Below, piece by piece: positions 13,501 to 29,870 of a stretch of DNA of 64,000 nucleotides (its first letter is position 1; the number at the start of each line of letters is the position of its first letter). The notes under the pieces are model-generated. The model was given only the letters and a program-made list of their open reading frames with translations. It had not been told where the DNA came from and did not search any database. The translations under genes were made by a program, and so were the position numbers. The DNA is from Auanema rhodensis (Eukaryota; Animalia; Nematoda), in NCBI GenBank assembly GCA_964057225.1, contig OZ059897.1, positions 21,762,001 through 21,826,000 on the forward strand, in the 5' to 3' direction.

Positions 13501-16500
13501 ACTCGCTTCACGTGAAAGATAAAGAGATGCGGTTTTCAAAATTAGATTCCCCATGTCCATATTAGTCTAAAAACAAATTTTTATTGATATTGGTTCTTGG
13601 TAACCATGACTTTGAAATTTACGTGAACTTTAATTTATGCTAATTAAATGTACACGTGATGTGCACTTGGTATGTAACTCGCTTCACGTGAAAGATAAAG
13701 AGATGCGGTTTTTAAAATTAGATTCCCCATGTCCATATTAGTCTAAAAACAAATTTTTATTGATATTGGTGCATGGTAACCATGACTTTGAAATTTACGT
13801 GAACTTTAATTTATGCTAATTAAATGTACACGTGATGTGCACTTGGTATGTATTTCGCTTCACGTGAAAGATAAAGAGATGCGGTTTTCAAAATTAGATT
13901 CTCCATGTCCATATTAGTCTAAAAACAAATTTTTATTGATATTGGTTCATGGTAACCATGACTTTGAAATTTACGTGAACTTAAATTTATGCTAATTAAA
14001 TGTACACGTGATGTGCACTTGGTATGTAACTTGCTTCACGTGAAAGATAAAGAGATGCGGTTTTCAAAATTAGATTCCCCATGTCCATATTAGTCTAAAA
14101 ACAAATTTTTATTGATATTGGTTCATGGTAACCATGACTTTGAAATTTACGTGAACTTAAATTTATGCTAATTAAATGTACACGTGATGTGCACTTGGTA
14201 TGTAACTCGCTTCACGTGAAAGATAAAGAGATGCGGTTTTCAAAATTAGATTCTTCATGTCCATATTAGTCTAAAAACAAATTTTTATTGATATTGGTGC
14301 ATGGTAACCATGACTTTGAAATTTACGTGAACTTTAATTTATGCTAATTAAATGTACACGTGATGTGCACTTGGTATGTAACTCGCTTCACGTGAAAGAT
14401 AAAGAGATGCGGTTTTCAAAATTAGATTCCCCATGTCCATATTAGTCTAAAAACAAATTTTTATTGATATTGGTGCATGGTAACCATGACTTTGAAATTT
14501 ACGTGAACTTTAATTTATGCTAATTAAATGTACACGTGATGTGCACTTGGTATGTAACTCGCTTCACGTGAAAGATAAAGAGATGCGGTTTTCAAAATTA
14601 GATTCCCCATGTCCATATTAGTCTAAAAACAAATTTTTATTGATATTGGTTCATGGTAACCATGACTTTGAAATTTACGTGAACTTTAATTTATGCTAAT
14701 TAAATGTACACGTGATGTGCACTTGGTATGTAACTCGCTTCAGGCGAAAGATAAAGAGATGCGGTTTTCAAAATTAGATTCCCCATGTCCATATTAGTCT
14801 AAAAACAAATTTTTATTGATATTGGTGCATGGTAACCATGACTTTGAAATTTACGTGAACTTTAATTTATGCTAATTAAATGTACACGTGATGTGCACTT
14901 GGTATGTAACTCGCTTCACGTGAAAGATAAAGAGATGCGGTTTTCAAAATTAGATTCCCCATGTCCATATTAGTCTAAAAACAAATTTTTATTGATATTG
15001 GTGCATGGTAACCATGACTTTGAAATTTACGTGAACTTTAATTTATGCTAATTAAATGTACACGTGATGTGCACTTGGTATGTAACTCGCTTCACGTGAA
15101 AGATAAAGAGATGCGGTTTTCAAAATTAGATTCCCCATGTCCATATTAGTCTAAAAACAAATTTTTATTGATATTGGTGCATGGTAACCATGACTTTGAA
15201 ATTTACGTGAACTTTAATTTATGCTAATTAAATGTACACGTGATGTGCACTTGGTATGTAACTCGCTTCACGTGAAAGATAAAGAGATGCGGTTTTCAAA
15301 ATTAGATTCTCCATGTCCATTTTAGTCTAAAAACAAATTTTTATTGATATTGGTGCATGGTAACCATGACTTTGAAATTCACGTGAACTTTAATTTATGC
15401 TAATTAAATGTACACGTGATGTGCACTTGGTATGTAACTCGCTTCACGTGAAAGATAAAGAGATGCGGTTTTCAAAATTAGATTCCCCATGTCCATATTA
15501 GTCTAAAAACAAATTTTTATTGATATTGGTTCATGGTAACCATGACTTTGAAATTTACGTGAACTTTAATTTATGCTAATTAAATGTACACGTGATGTGC
15601 ACTTGGTATGTAACTCGCTTCACGTGAAAGATAAAGAGATGCGGTTTTCAAAATTAGATTCCCCATGTCCATATTAGTCTAAAAACAAATTTTTATTGAT
15701 ATTGGTTCTTGGTAACCATGACTTTGAAATTTACGTGAACTTTAATTTATGCTAATTAAATGTACACGTGATGTGCACTTGGTATGTAACTCGCTTCACG
15801 TGAAAGGTAAAGAGATGCGGTTTTTAAAATTAGATTCCCCATGTCCATATTAGTCTAAAAACAAATTTTTATTGATATTGGTGCATGGTAACCATGACTT
15901 TGAAATTTACGTGAACTTTAATTTATGCTAATTAAATGTACACGTGATGTGCACTTGGTATGTATTTCGCTTCACGTGAAAGATAAAGAGATGCGGTTTT
16001 CAAAATTAGATTCTCCATGTCCATATTAGTCTAAAAACAAATTTTTATTGATATTGGTTCATGGTAACCATGACTTTGAAATTTACGTGAACTTAAATTT
16101 ATGCTAATTAAATGTACACGTGATGTGCACTTGGTATGTAACTTGCTTCACGTGAAAGATAAAGAGATGCGGTTTTCAAAATTAGATTCCCCATGTCCAT
16201 TTTAGTCTAAAAACAAATTTTTATTGATATTGGTTCATGGTAACCATGACTTTGAAATTTACGTGAACTTAAATTTATGCTAATTAAATGTACACGTGAT
16301 GTGCACTTGGTATGTAACTTGCTTCACGTGAAAGATAAAGAGATGCGGTTTTCAAAATTAGATTCCCCATGTCCATATTAGTCTAAAAACAAATTTTTAT
16401 TGATATTGGTTCTTGGTAACCATGACTTTGAAATTTACGTGTACTTTAATTTATGCTAATTAAATGTACACGTGATGTGCACTTGGTATGTAACTCGCTT

Positions 16501-19500
16501 CACGTGAAAGATAAAGAGATGCGGTTTTTAAAATTAGATTCCCCATGTCCATATTAGTCTAAAAACAAATTTTTATTGATATTGGTGCATGGTAACCATG
16601 ACTTTGAAATTCACGTGAACTTTAATTTATGCTAATTAAATGTACACGTGATGTGCACTTGGTATGTAACTCGCTTCACGTGAAAGATAAAGAGATGCGG
16701 TTTTCAAAATTAGATTCCCCATGTCCATATTAGTCTAAAAACAAATTTTTATTGATATTGGTTCATGGTAACCATGACTTTGAAATTTACGTGAACTTTA
16801 ATTTATGCTAATTAAATGTACACGTGATGTGCACTTGGTATGTATTTCGCTTCACGTGAAAGATAAAGAGATGCGGTTTTCAAAATTAGATTCTCCATGT
16901 CCATATTAGTCTAAAAACAAATTTTTATTGATATTGGTTCATGGTAACCATGACTTTGAAATTTACGTGAACTTAAATTTATGCTAATTAAATGTACACG
17001 TGATGTGCACTTGGTATGTAACTTGCTTCACGTGAAAGATAAAGAGATGCGGTTTTCAAAATTAGATTCCCCATGTCCATATTAGTCTAAAAACAAATTT
17101 TTATTGATATTGGTGCATGGTAACCATGACTTTGAAATTTACGTGAACTTTAATTTATGCTAATTAAATGTACACGTGATGTGCACTTGGTATGTAACTC
17201 GCTTCACGTGAAAGATAAAGAGATGCGGTTTTCAAAATTAGATTCCCCATGTCCATATTAGTCTAAAAACAAATTTTTATTGATATTGGTGCATGGTAAC
17301 CATGACTTTGAAATTTACGTGAACTTTAATTTATGCTAATTAAATGTACACGTGATGTGCACTTGGTATGTAACTCGCTTCACGTGAAAGATAAAGAGAT
17401 GCGGTTTTCAAAATTAGATTCCCCATGTCCATATTAGTCTAAAAACAAATTTTTATTGATATTGGTTCATGGTAACCATGACTTTGAAATTTACGTGAAC
17501 TTTAATTTATGCTAATTAAATGTACACGTGATGTGCACTTGGTATGTAACTCGCTTCACGTGAAAGATAAAGAGATGCGGTTTTCAAAATTAGATTCCCC
17601 ATGTCCATATTAGTCTAAAAACAAATTTTTATTGATATTGGTGCATGGTAACCATGACTTTGAAATTTACGTGAACTTTAATTTATGCTAATTAAATGTA
17701 CACGTGATGTGCACTTGGTATGTATTTCGCTTCACGTGAAAGATAAAGAGATGCGGTTTTCAAAATTAGATTCCCCATGTCCATATTAGTCTAAAAACAA
17801 ATTTTTATTGATATTGGTGCATGGTAACCATGACTTTGAAATTTACGTGAACTTTAATTTATGCTAATTAAATGTACACGTGATGTGCACTTGGTATGTA
17901 ACTCGCTTCACGTGAAAGATAAAGAGATGCGGTTTTCAAAATTAGATTCTCCATGTCCATATTAGTCTAAAAACAAATTTTTATTGATATTGGTGCATGG
18001 TAACCATGACTTTGAAATTCACGTGAACTTTAATTTATGCTAATTAAATGTACACGTGATGTGCACTTGGTATGTAACTCGCTTCACGTGAAAGATAAAG
18101 AGATGCGGTTTTCAAAATTAGATTCCCCATGTCCATATTAGTCTAAAAACAAATTTTTATTGATATTGGTTCATGGTAACCATGACTTTGAAATTTACGT
18201 GAACTTTAATTTATGCTAATTAAATGTACACGTGATGTGCACTTGGTATGTAACTCGCTTCACGTGAAAGATAAAGAGATGCGGTTTTTAAAATTAGATT
18301 CCCCATGTCCATATTAGTCTAAAAACAAATTTTTATTGATATTGGTGCATGGTAACCATGACTTTGAAATTTACGTGAACTTTAATTTATGCTAATTAAA
18401 TGTACACGTGATGTGCACTTGGTATGTAACTCGCTTCACGTGAAAGATAAAGAGATGCGGTTTTTAAAATTAGATTCCCCATGTCCATATTAGTCTAAAA
18501 ACAAATTTTTATTGATATTGGTGCATGGTAACCATGACTTTGAAATTTACGTGAACTTTAATTTATGCTAATTAAATGTACACGTGATGTGCACTTGGTA
18601 TGTAACTCGCTTCACGTGAAAGATAAAGAGATGCGGTTTTCAAAATTAGATTCCCCATGTCCATATTAGTCTAAAAACAAATTTTTATTGATATTGGTGC
18701 ATGGTAACCATGACTTTGAAATTTACGTGAACTTTAATTTATGCTAATTAAATGTACACGTGATGTGCACTTGGTATGTAACTCGCTTCACGTGAAAGAT
18801 AAAGAGATGCGGTTTTCAAAATTAGATTCTTCATGTCCATATTAGTCTAAAAACAAATTTTTATTGATATTGGTGCATGGTAACCATGACTTTGAAATTT
18901 ACGTGAACTTTAATTTATGCTAATTAAATGTACACGTGATGTGCACTTGGTATGTAACTCGCTTCACGTGAAAGATAAAGAGATGCGGTTTTCAAAATTA
19001 GATTCCCCATGTCCATATTAGTCTAAAAACAAATTTTTATTGATATTGGTGCATGGTAACCATGACTTTGAAATTTACGTGAACTTTAATTTATGCTAAT
19101 TAAATGTACACGTGATGTGCACTTGGTATGTAACTCGCTTCACGTGAAAGATAAAGAGATGCGGTTTTCAAAATTAGATTCCCCATGTCCATATTAGTCT
19201 AAAAACAAATTTTTATTGATATTGGTTCATGGTAACCATGACTTTGAAATTTACGTGAACTTTAATTTATGCTAATTAAATGTACACGTGATGTGCACTT
19301 GGTATGTAACTCGCTTCACGTGAAAGATAAAGAGATTCGGTTTTCAAAATTAGATTCCCCATGTCCATATTAGTCTAAAAACAAATTTTTATTGATATTG
19401 GTGCATGGTAACCATGACTTTGAAATTTACGTGAACTTTAATTTATGCTAATTAAATGTACACGTGATGTGCACTTGGTATGTAACTCGCTTCACGTGAA

Positions 19501-22500
19501 AGATAAAGAGATGCGGTTTTCAAAATTAGATTCCCCATGTCCATATTAGTCTAAAAACAAATTTTTATTGATATTGGTGCATGGTAACCATGACTTTGAA
19601 ATTTACGTGAACTTTAATTTATGCTAATTAAATGTACACGTGATGTGCACTTGGTATGTAACTCGCTTCACGTGAAAGATAAAGAGATGCGGTTTTCAAA
19701 ATTAGATTCCCCATGTCCATATTAGTCTAAAAACAAATTTTTATTGATATTGGTGCATGGTAACCATGACTTTGAAATTTACGTGAACTTTAATTTATGC
19801 TAATTAAATGTACACGTGATGTGCACTTGGTATGTAACTCGCTTCACGTGAAAGATAAAGAGATGCGGTTTTCAAAATTAGATTCCCCATGTCCATATTA
19901 GTCTAAAAACAAATTTTTATTGATATTGGTTCATGGTAACCATGACTTTGAAATTTACGTGAACTTTAATTTATGCTAATTAAATGTACACGTGATGTGC
20001 ACTTGGTATGTAACTCGCTTCAGGTGAAAGATAAAGAGATGCGGTTTTCAAAATTAGATTCCCCATGTCCATATTAGTCTAAAAACAAATTTTTATTGAT
20101 ATTGGTGCATGGTAACCATGACTTTGAAATTTACGTGAACTTTAATTTATGCTAATTAAATGTACACGTGATGTGCACTTGGTATGTAACTCGCTTCACG
20201 TGAAAGATAAAGAGATGCGGTTTTCAAAATTAGATTCCCCATGTCCATATCAGTCTAAAAACAAATTTTTATTGATATTGGTTCATGGTAACCATGACTT
20301 TGAAATTTACGTGAACTTAAATTTATGCTAATTAAATGTACACGTGATGTGCACTTGGTATGTAACTTGCTTCACGTGAAAGATAAAGAGATGCGGTTTT
20401 TAAAATTAGATTCCCCATGTCCATATTAGTCTAAAAACAAATTTTTATTGATATTGGTTCATGGTAACCATGACTTTGAAATTTACGTGAACTTTAATTT
20501 ATGCTAATTAAATGTACACGTGATGTGCACTTGGTATGTAACTCGCTTCACGTGAAAGATAAAGAGATTCGGTTTTCAAAATTAGATTCCCCATGTCCAT
20601 ATTAGTCTAAAAACAAATTTTTATTGATATTGGTGCATGGTAACCATGACTTTGAAATTTACGTGAACTTTAATTTATGCTAATTAAATGTACACGTGAT
20701 GTGCACTTGGTATGTAACTCGCTTCACGTGAAAGATAAAGAGATGCGGTTTTCAAAATTAGATTCCCCATGTCCATATTAGTCTAAAAACAAATTTTTAT
20801 TGATATTGGTGCATGGTAACCATGACTTTGAAATTTACGTGAACTTTAATTTATGCTAATTAAATGTACACGTGATGTGCACTTGGTATGTAACTCGCTT
20901 CACGTGAAAGATAAAGAGATGCGGTTTTCAAAATTAGATTCCCCATGTCCATATTAGTCTAAAAGCAAATTTTTATTGATATTGGTGCATGGTAACCATG
21001 ACTTTGAAATTTACGTGAACTTTAATTTATGCTAATTAAATGTACACGTGATGTGCACTTGGTATGTAACTCGCTTCACGTGAAAGATAAAGAGATGCGG
21101 TTTTCAAAATTAGATTCCCCATGTCCATATTAGACTAAAAACGAATTTTTATTGATATTGGTTCATGGTAACCATGACTTTGAAATTTACGTGAACTTTA
21201 ATTTATGCTAATTAAATGTACACGTGATGTGCACTTGGTATGTAACTCGCTTCACGTGAAAGATAAAGAGATGCGGTTTTCAAAATTAGATTCCCCATGT
21301 CCATATTAGTCTAAAAACAAATTTTTATTGATATTGGTGCATGGTAACCATGACTTTGAAATTTACGTGAACTTTAATTTATGCTAATTAAATGTACACG
21401 TGATGTGCACTTGGTATGTAACTCGCTTCACGTGAAAGATAAAGAGATGCGGTTTCCAAAATTAGATTCCCCATGTCCATATTAGTCTAAAAACAAATTT
21501 TTATTGATATTGGTTCATGGTAACCATGACTTTGAAATTTACGTGAACTTAAATTTATGCTAATTAAATGTACACGTGATGTGCACTTGGTATGTAACTT
21601 GCTTCACGTGAAAGAGAAAGAGATGCGGTTTTCAAAATTAGATTCCCCATGTCCATATTAGTCTAAAAACAAATTTTTATTGATATTGGTGCATGGTAAC
21701 CATGACTTTGAAATTTACGTGAACTCTAATTTATGCTAATTAAATGTACACGTGATGTGCACTTGGTATGTAACTCGCTTCACGTGAAAGATAAAGAGAT
21801 GCGGTTTTCAAAATTAGATTCCCCATGTCCATATTAGTCTAAAAACAAATTTTTATTGATATTGGTTCATGGTAACCATGACTTTGAAATTTACGTGAAC
21901 TTTAATTTATGCTAATTAAATGTACACGTGATGTGCACTTGGTATGTAATTCGCTTCACGTGAAAGATAAAGAGATGCGGTTTTCAAAATTAGATTCCCC
22001 ATGTCCATATTAGTCTAAAAACAAATTTTTATTGATATTGGTTCATGGTAACCATGACTTTGAAATTTACGTGAACTTTAATTTATGCTAATTAAATGTA
22101 CACGTGATGTGCACTTGGTATGTAACTCGCTTCACATGAAAGATAAAGAGATGCGGTTTTCAAAATTAGATTCCCCATGTCCATATTAGTCTAAAAACAA
22201 ATTTTTATTGATATTGGTTCATGGTAACCATGACTTTGAAATTTACGTGAACTTTAATTTATGCTAATTAAATGTACACGTGATGTGCACTTGGTATGTA
22301 ATTCGCTTCACGTGAAAGATAAAGAGATGCGGTTTTTAAAATTAGATTCCCCATGTCCATATTAGTCTAAAAACAAATTTTTATTGATATTGGTTCATGG
22401 TAACCATGACTTTGAAATTTACGTGAACTTAAATTTATGCTAATTAAATGTACACGTGATGTGCACTTGGTATGTAACTTGCTTCACGTGAAAGATAAAG

Positions 22501-25500
22501 AGATGCGGCTTTCAAAATTAGATTCCCCATGTCCATATTAGTCTAAAAACAAATTTTTATTGATATTGGTGCATGGTAACCATGACTTTGAAATTTACGT
22601 GAACTTTAATTTATGCTAATTAAATGTACACGTGATGTGCACTTGGTATGTAACTCGCTTCACGTGAAAGATAAAGAGATGCGGTTTTCAAAATTAGATT
22701 CCCCATGTCCATATTAGTCTAAAAACAAATTTTTATTGATATTGGTGCATGGTAACCATGACTTTGAAATTTACGTGAACTTTAATTTATGCTAATTAAA
22801 TGTACACGTGATGTGCACTTGGTATGTAACTCGCTTCACGTGAAAGATAAAGAGATGCGGTTTTCAAAATTAGATTCCCCATGTCCATATTAGTCTAAAA
22901 ACAAATTTTTATTGATATTGGTGCATGGTAACCATGACTTTGAAATTTACGTGAACTTTAATTTATGCTAATTAAATGTACACGTGATGTGCACTTGGTA
23001 TGTAACTCGCTTCACGTGAAAGATAAAGAGATGCGGTTTTCAAAATTAGATTCCCCATGTCCATATTAGTCTAAAAACAAATTTTTATTGATATTGGTTC
23101 ATGGTAACCATGACTTTGAAATTTACGTGAACTTAAATTTATGCTAATTAAATGTACACGTGATGTGCACTTGGTATGTAACTTGCTTCACGTGAAAGAT
23201 AAAGAGATGCGGTTTTCAAAATTAGATTCCCCATGTCCATATTAGTCTAAAAACAAATTTTTATTGATATTGGTGCATGGTAACCATGACTTTGAAATTT
23301 ACGTGAACTTTAATTTATGCTAATTAAATGTACACGTGATGTGCACTTGGTATGTAACTCGCTTCACGTGAAAGATAAAGAGATGCGGTTTTCAAAATTA
23401 GATTCCCCATGTCCATATTAGTCTAAAAACAAATTTTTATTAATATTGGTGCATGGTAACCATGACTTTGAAATTCACGTGAACTTTAATTTATGCTAAT
23501 TAAATGTACACGTGATGTGCACTTGGTATGTAATTCGCTTCACGTGAAAGATAAAGAGATGCGGTTTTTAAAATTAGATTCCCCATGTCCATATTAGTCT
23601 AAAAACAAATTTTTATTGATATTGGTGCATGGTAACCATGACTTTGAAATTTACGTGAACTTTAATTTATGCTAATTAAATGTACACGTGATGTGCACTT
23701 GGTATGTAACTCGCTTCACGTGAAAGATAAAGAGATGCGGTTTTCAAAATTAGATTCCCCATGTCCATATTAGTCTAAAAACAAATTTTTATTGATATTG
23801 GTGCATGGTAACCATGACTTTGAAATTTACGTGAACTTTAATTTATGCTAATTAAATGTACACGTGATGTGCACTTGGTATGTAACTCGCTTCACGTGAA
23901 AGATAAAGAGATGCGGTTTTCAAAATTAGATTCCCCATGTCCATATTAGTCTAAAAACAAATTTTTATTGATATTGGTGCATGGTAACCATGACTTTGGA
24001 ATTTACGTGAACTTTAATTTATGCTAATTAAATGTACACGTGATGTGCACTTGGTATGTAACTCGCTTCACGTGAAAGATAAAGAGATGCGGTTTTCAAA
24101 ATTAGATTCCCCATGTCCATATTAGTCTAAAAACAAATTTTTATTGATATTGGTGCATGGTAACCATGACTTTGAAATTTACGTGAACTTTAATTTATGC
24201 TAATTAAATGTACACGTGATGTGCACTTGGTATGTAACTCGCTTCACGTGAAAGATAAAGAGATGCGGTTTTCAAAATTAGATTCCCCATGTCCATATTA
24301 GTCTAAAAACAAATTTTTATTGATATTGCTTCATGGTAACCATGACTTTGAAATTTACGTGAACTTTAATTTATGCTAATTAAATGTACACGTGATGTGC
24401 ACTTGGTATGTAACTCGCTTCACGTGAAAGATAAAGAGATGCGGTTTTCAAAATTAGATTCCCCATGTCCATATTAGTCTAAAAACAAATTTTTATTGAT
24501 ATTGGTGCATGGTAACCATGACTTTGAAATTTACGTGAACTTTAATTTATGCTAATTAAATGTACACGTGATGTGCACTTGGTATGTAACTCGCTTCACG
24601 TGAAAGATAAAGAGATGCGGTTTTCAAAATTAGATTCCCCATGTCCATATTAGTCTAAAAACAAATTTTTATTGATATTGGTGCATGGTAACCATGACTT
24701 TGAAATTTACGTGAACTTTAATTTATGCTAATTAAATGTACACGTGATGTGCACTTGGTATGTAACTCGCTTCACGTGAAAGATAAAGAGATGCGGTTTT
24801 CAAAATTAGATTCCCCATGTCCATATTAGTCTAAAAACAAATTTTTATTAATATTGGTGCATGGTAACCATGACTTTGAAATTCACGTGAACTTTAATTT
24901 ATGCTAATTAAATGTACACGTGATGTGCACTTGGTATGTAATTCGCTTCACGTGAAAGATAAAGAGATGCGGTTTTTAAAATTAGATTCCCCATGTCCAT
25001 ATTAGTCTAAAAACAAATTTTTATTGATATTGGTGCGTGGTAACCATGACTTTGAAATTTACGTGAACTTTAATTTATGCTAATTAAATGTACACGTGAT
25101 GTGCACTTGGTATGTAACTCGCTTCACGTGAAAGATAAAGAGATGCGGTTTTTAAAATAAGATTCCCCATGTCCATATTAGTCTAAAAACAAATTTTTAT
25201 TGATATTGGTTCATGGTAACCATGACTTTGAAATTTACGTGAACTTTAATTTATGCTAATTAAATGTACACGTGATGTGCACTTGGTATGTAACTCGCTT
25301 CACGTGAAAGATAAAGAGATGCGGTTTTCAAAATTAGATTCCCCATGTCCATATTAGTCTAAAAACAAATTTTTATTGATATTGGTGCATGGTAACCATG
25401 ACTTTGGAATTTACGTGAACTTTAATTTATGCTAATTAAATGTACACGTGATGTGCACTTGGTATGTAACTCGCTTCACGTGAAAGATAAAGAGATGCGG

Positions 25501-27760
25501 TTTTCAAAATTAGATTCCCCATGTCCATATTAGTCTAAAAACAAATTTTTATTGATATTGGTGCATGGTAACCATGACTTTGAAATTTACGTGAACTTTA
25601 ATTTATGCTAATTAAATGTACACGTGATGTGCACTTGGTATGTAACTCGCTTCACGTGAAAGATGAAGACATGCGGTTTTCAAAATTAGATTCCCCATGT
25701 CCATATTAGTCTAAAAACAAATTTTTATTGATATTGGTGCATGGTAACCATGACTTTGAAATTTACGTGAACTTTAATTTATGCTAATTAAATGTACACG
25801 TGATGTGCACTTGGTATGTAACTCGCTTCACGTGAAAGATAAAGAGATGCGGTTTTCAAAATTAGATTCCCCATGTCCATATTAGTCTAAAAACAAATTT
25901 TTATTGATATTGCTTCATGGTAACCATGACTTTGAAATTTACGTGAACTTTAATTTATGCTAATTAAATGTACACGTGATGTGCACTTGTTATGTAACTC
26001 GCTTCACGTGAAAGATAAAGAGATGCGGTTTTCAAAATTAGATTCCCCATGTCCATATTAGTCTAAAAACAAATTTTTATTGATATTGGTGCATGGTAAC
26101 CATGACTTTGAAATTTACGTGAACTTTAATTTATGCTAATTAAATGTACACGTGATGTGCACTTGGTATGTAACTCGCTTCACGTGAAAGATAAAGAGAT
26201 GCGGTTTTCAAAATTAGATTCCCCATGTCCATATTAGTCTAAAAACAAATTTTTATTGATATTGGTGCATGGTAACCATGACTTTGGAATTTACGTGAAC
26301 TTTAATTTATGCTAATTAAATGTACACGTGATGTGCACTTGGTATGTAACTCGCTTCACGTGAAAGATAAAGAGATGCTGTTTTCAAAATTAGATTCCCC
26401 ATGTCCATATTAGTCTAAAAACAAATTTTTATTGATATTGGTGCATGGTAACCATGACTTTGAAATTTACGTGAACTTTAATTTATGCTAATTAAATGTA
26501 CACGTGATGTGCACTTGGTATGTAACTCGCTTCACGTGAAAGATAAAGAGATGCGGTTTTCAAAATTAGATTCCCCATGTCCATATTAGTCTAAAAACAA
26601 ATTTTTATTGATATTGGTGCATGGTAACCATGACTTTGAAATTTACGTGAACTTTAATTTATGCTAATTAAATGTACACGTGATGTGCACTTGGTATGTA
26701 ACTCGCTTCACGTGAAAGATGAAGACATGCGGTTTTCAAAATTAGATTCCCCATGTCCATATTAGTCTAAAAACAAATTTTTATTGATATTGCTTCATGG
26801 TAACCATGACTTTGAAATTTACGTGAACTTTAATTTATGCTAATTAAATGTACACGTGATGTGCACTTGGTATGTAACTCGCTTCACGTGAAAGATAAAG
26901 AGATGCGGTTTTCAAAATTAGATTCCCCATGTCCATATTAGTCTAAAAACAAATTTTTATTGATATTGGTGCATGGTAACCATGACTTTGAAATTTACGT
27001 GAACTTTAATTTATGCTAATTAAATGTACACGTGATGTGCACTTGGTATGTAACTCGCTTCACGTGAAAGATAAAGAGATGCGGTTTTCAAAATTAGATT
27101 CCCCATGTCCATATTAGTCTAAAAACAAATTTTTATTGATATTGGTGCATGGTAACCATGACTTTGAAATTTACGTGAACTTTAATTTATGCTAATTAAA
27201 TGTACACGTGATGTGCACTTGGTATGTAACTCGCTTCACGTGAAAGATAAAGAGATGCGGTTTTCAAAATTAGATTCCCCATGTCCATATTAGTCTAAAA
27301 ACAAATTTTTATTGATACTGGTTCATGGTAACCATGACTTTGAAATTTACGTGAACTTTAATTTTTGCTAATTAAATGTACACGGGATGTGCACTTGGTA
27401 TGTAACTCGCTTCACGTGAAAGATAAAGAGATGCGGTTTTCAAAATTAGATTCCCCATGTCCATATTAGTCTAAAAACAAATTTTTATTGATATTGGTGC
27501 ATGGTAACCATGACTTTGAAATTCACGTGAACTTTAATTTATGCTAATTAAATGTACACGTGATGTGCACTTGATATGTAACTCGCTTCACGTGAAAGAT
27601 AAAGAGATGCGGTTTTCAAAATTAGATTCCCCATGTCCATATTAGTCTAAAAACAAATTTTTATTGATATTGGTGCATGGTAACCATGACTTTGAAATTC
27701 ACGTGAACTTTAATTTATGCTAATTAAATGTACACGTGATGTGCACTTGGTATGTAACTC

Positions 27761-29870
27761 TCTTCACGTGAAAGATAAAGAGATGCGGTTTTCAAAATTA
27801 GATTCCCCATGTCCATATTAGTCTAAAAACAAATTTTTATTGATATTGGTTCATGGTAACCATGACTTTGAAATTTACGTGAACTTTAATTTATGCTAAT
27901 TAAATGTACACGTGATGTGCACTTGGTATGAAACTCGCTTCACGTGAAAGATAAAGAGATGCGGTTTTCAAAATTAGATTCCCCATGTCCATATTAGTCT
28001 AAAAACAAATTTTTATTGATATTGGTGCATGGTAACCATGACTTTGAAATTTACGTGAACTTTAATTTATGCTAATTAAATGTACACGTGATGTGCACTT
28101 GGTATGTAATTCGCTTCACGTGAAAGATAAAGAGATGCGGTTTTTAAACTTAGATTCCCCATGTCCATATTAGTCTAAAAACAAATTTTTATTGATATTG
28201 GTGCATGGTAACCATGACTTTGAAATTTACGTGAACTTTAATTTATGCTAATTAAATGTACACGTGATGTGCACTTGGTATGTAACTCGCTTCACGTGAA
28301 AGATAAAGAGATGCGGTTTTTAAACTTAGATTCCCCATGTCCATATTAGTCTAAAAACAAATTTTTATTGATATTGGTGCATGGTAACCATGACTTTGAA
28401 ATTTACGTGAACTTTAATTTATGCTAATTAAATGTACACGTGATGTGCACTTGGTATGTAACTCGCTTCACGTGAAAGATAAAGAGATGCGGTTTTCAAA
28501 ATTAGATTCCCCATGTCCATATTAGTCTAAAAACAAATTTTTATTGATATTGGTGCATGGTAACCATGACTTTGAAATTTACGTGAACTTTAATTTATGC
28601 TAATTAAATGTACACGTGATGTGCACTTGGTATGTAACTCGCTTCACGTGAAAGATAAAGAGATGCGGTTTTTAAACTTAGATTCCCCATGTCCATATTA
28701 GTCTAAAAACAAATTTTTATTGATATTGGTGCATGGTAACCATGACTTTGAAATTTACGTGAACTTTAATTTATGCTAATTAAATGTACACGTGATGTGC
28801 ACTTGGTATGTAACTCTTTTCACGTGAAAGATAAAGAGATGCGGTTTTCAAAATTAGATTCCCCATGTCCATATTAGTCTAAAAACAAATTTTTATTGAT
28901 ATTGGTTCATGGTAACCATGACTTTGAAATTTACGTGAACTTTAATTTATGCTAATTAAATGTACACGTGATGTGCACTTGGTATGAAACTCGCTTCACG
29001 TGAAAGATAAAGAGATGCGGTTTTCAAAATTAGATTCCCCATGTCCATATTAGTCTAAAAACAAATTTTTATTGATATTGGTGCATGGTAACCATGACTT
29101 TGAAATTTACGTGAACTTTAATTTATGCTAATTAAATGTACACGTGATGTGCACTTGGTATGTAATTCGCTTCACGTGAAAGATAAAGAGATGCGGTTTT
29201 TAAACTTAGATTCCCCATGTCCATATTAGTCTAAAAACAAATTTTTATTGATATTGGTGCATGGTAACCATGACTTTGAAATTTACGTGAACTTTAATTT
29301 ATGCTAATTAAATGTACACGTGATGTGCACTTGGTATGTAACTCGCTTCACGTGAAAGATAAAGAGATGCGGTTTTTAAACTTAGATTCCCCATGTCCAT
29401 ATTAGTCTAAAAACAAATTTTTATTGATATTGGTGCATGGTAACCATGACTTTGAAATTTACGTGAACTTTAATTTATGCTAATTAAATGTACACGTGAT
29501 GTGCACTTGGTATGTAACTCGCTTCACGTGAAAGATAAAGAGATGCGGTTTTCAAAATTAGATTCCCCATGTCCATATTAGTCTAAAAACAAATTTTTAT
29601 TGATATTGGTGCATGGTAACCATGACTTTGAAATTTACGTGAACTTTAATTTATGCTAATTAAATGTACACGTGATGTGCACTTGGTATGTAACTCGCTT
29701 CACGTGAAAGATAAAGAGATGCGGTTTTTAAACTTAGATTCCCCATGTCCATATTAGTCTAAAAACAAATTTTTATTGATATTGGTGCATGGTAACCATG
29801 ACTTTGAAATTTACGTGAACTTTAATTTATGCTAATTAAATGTACACGTGATGTGCACTTGGTATGTAAC
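27761..29870. repeat. Local higher-order duplication: 2 x 6 monomers (1056 bp)
   Basis: TATGAAAC 27931/28987; TAAACTT at 28149, 28325, 28677 recurs at 29205, 29381, 29733. Confidence 0.85.

Noticed and set aside
20149-20331. 60-aa ORF in the satellite (also 35813-35995)
   Set aside because: Arises only where the single in-frame TAG of the monomer is mutated (CAG at 20251, TGG at 35915-35917). Seen in 2 of ~348 monomers with no recognisable domain, so it is chance read-through.
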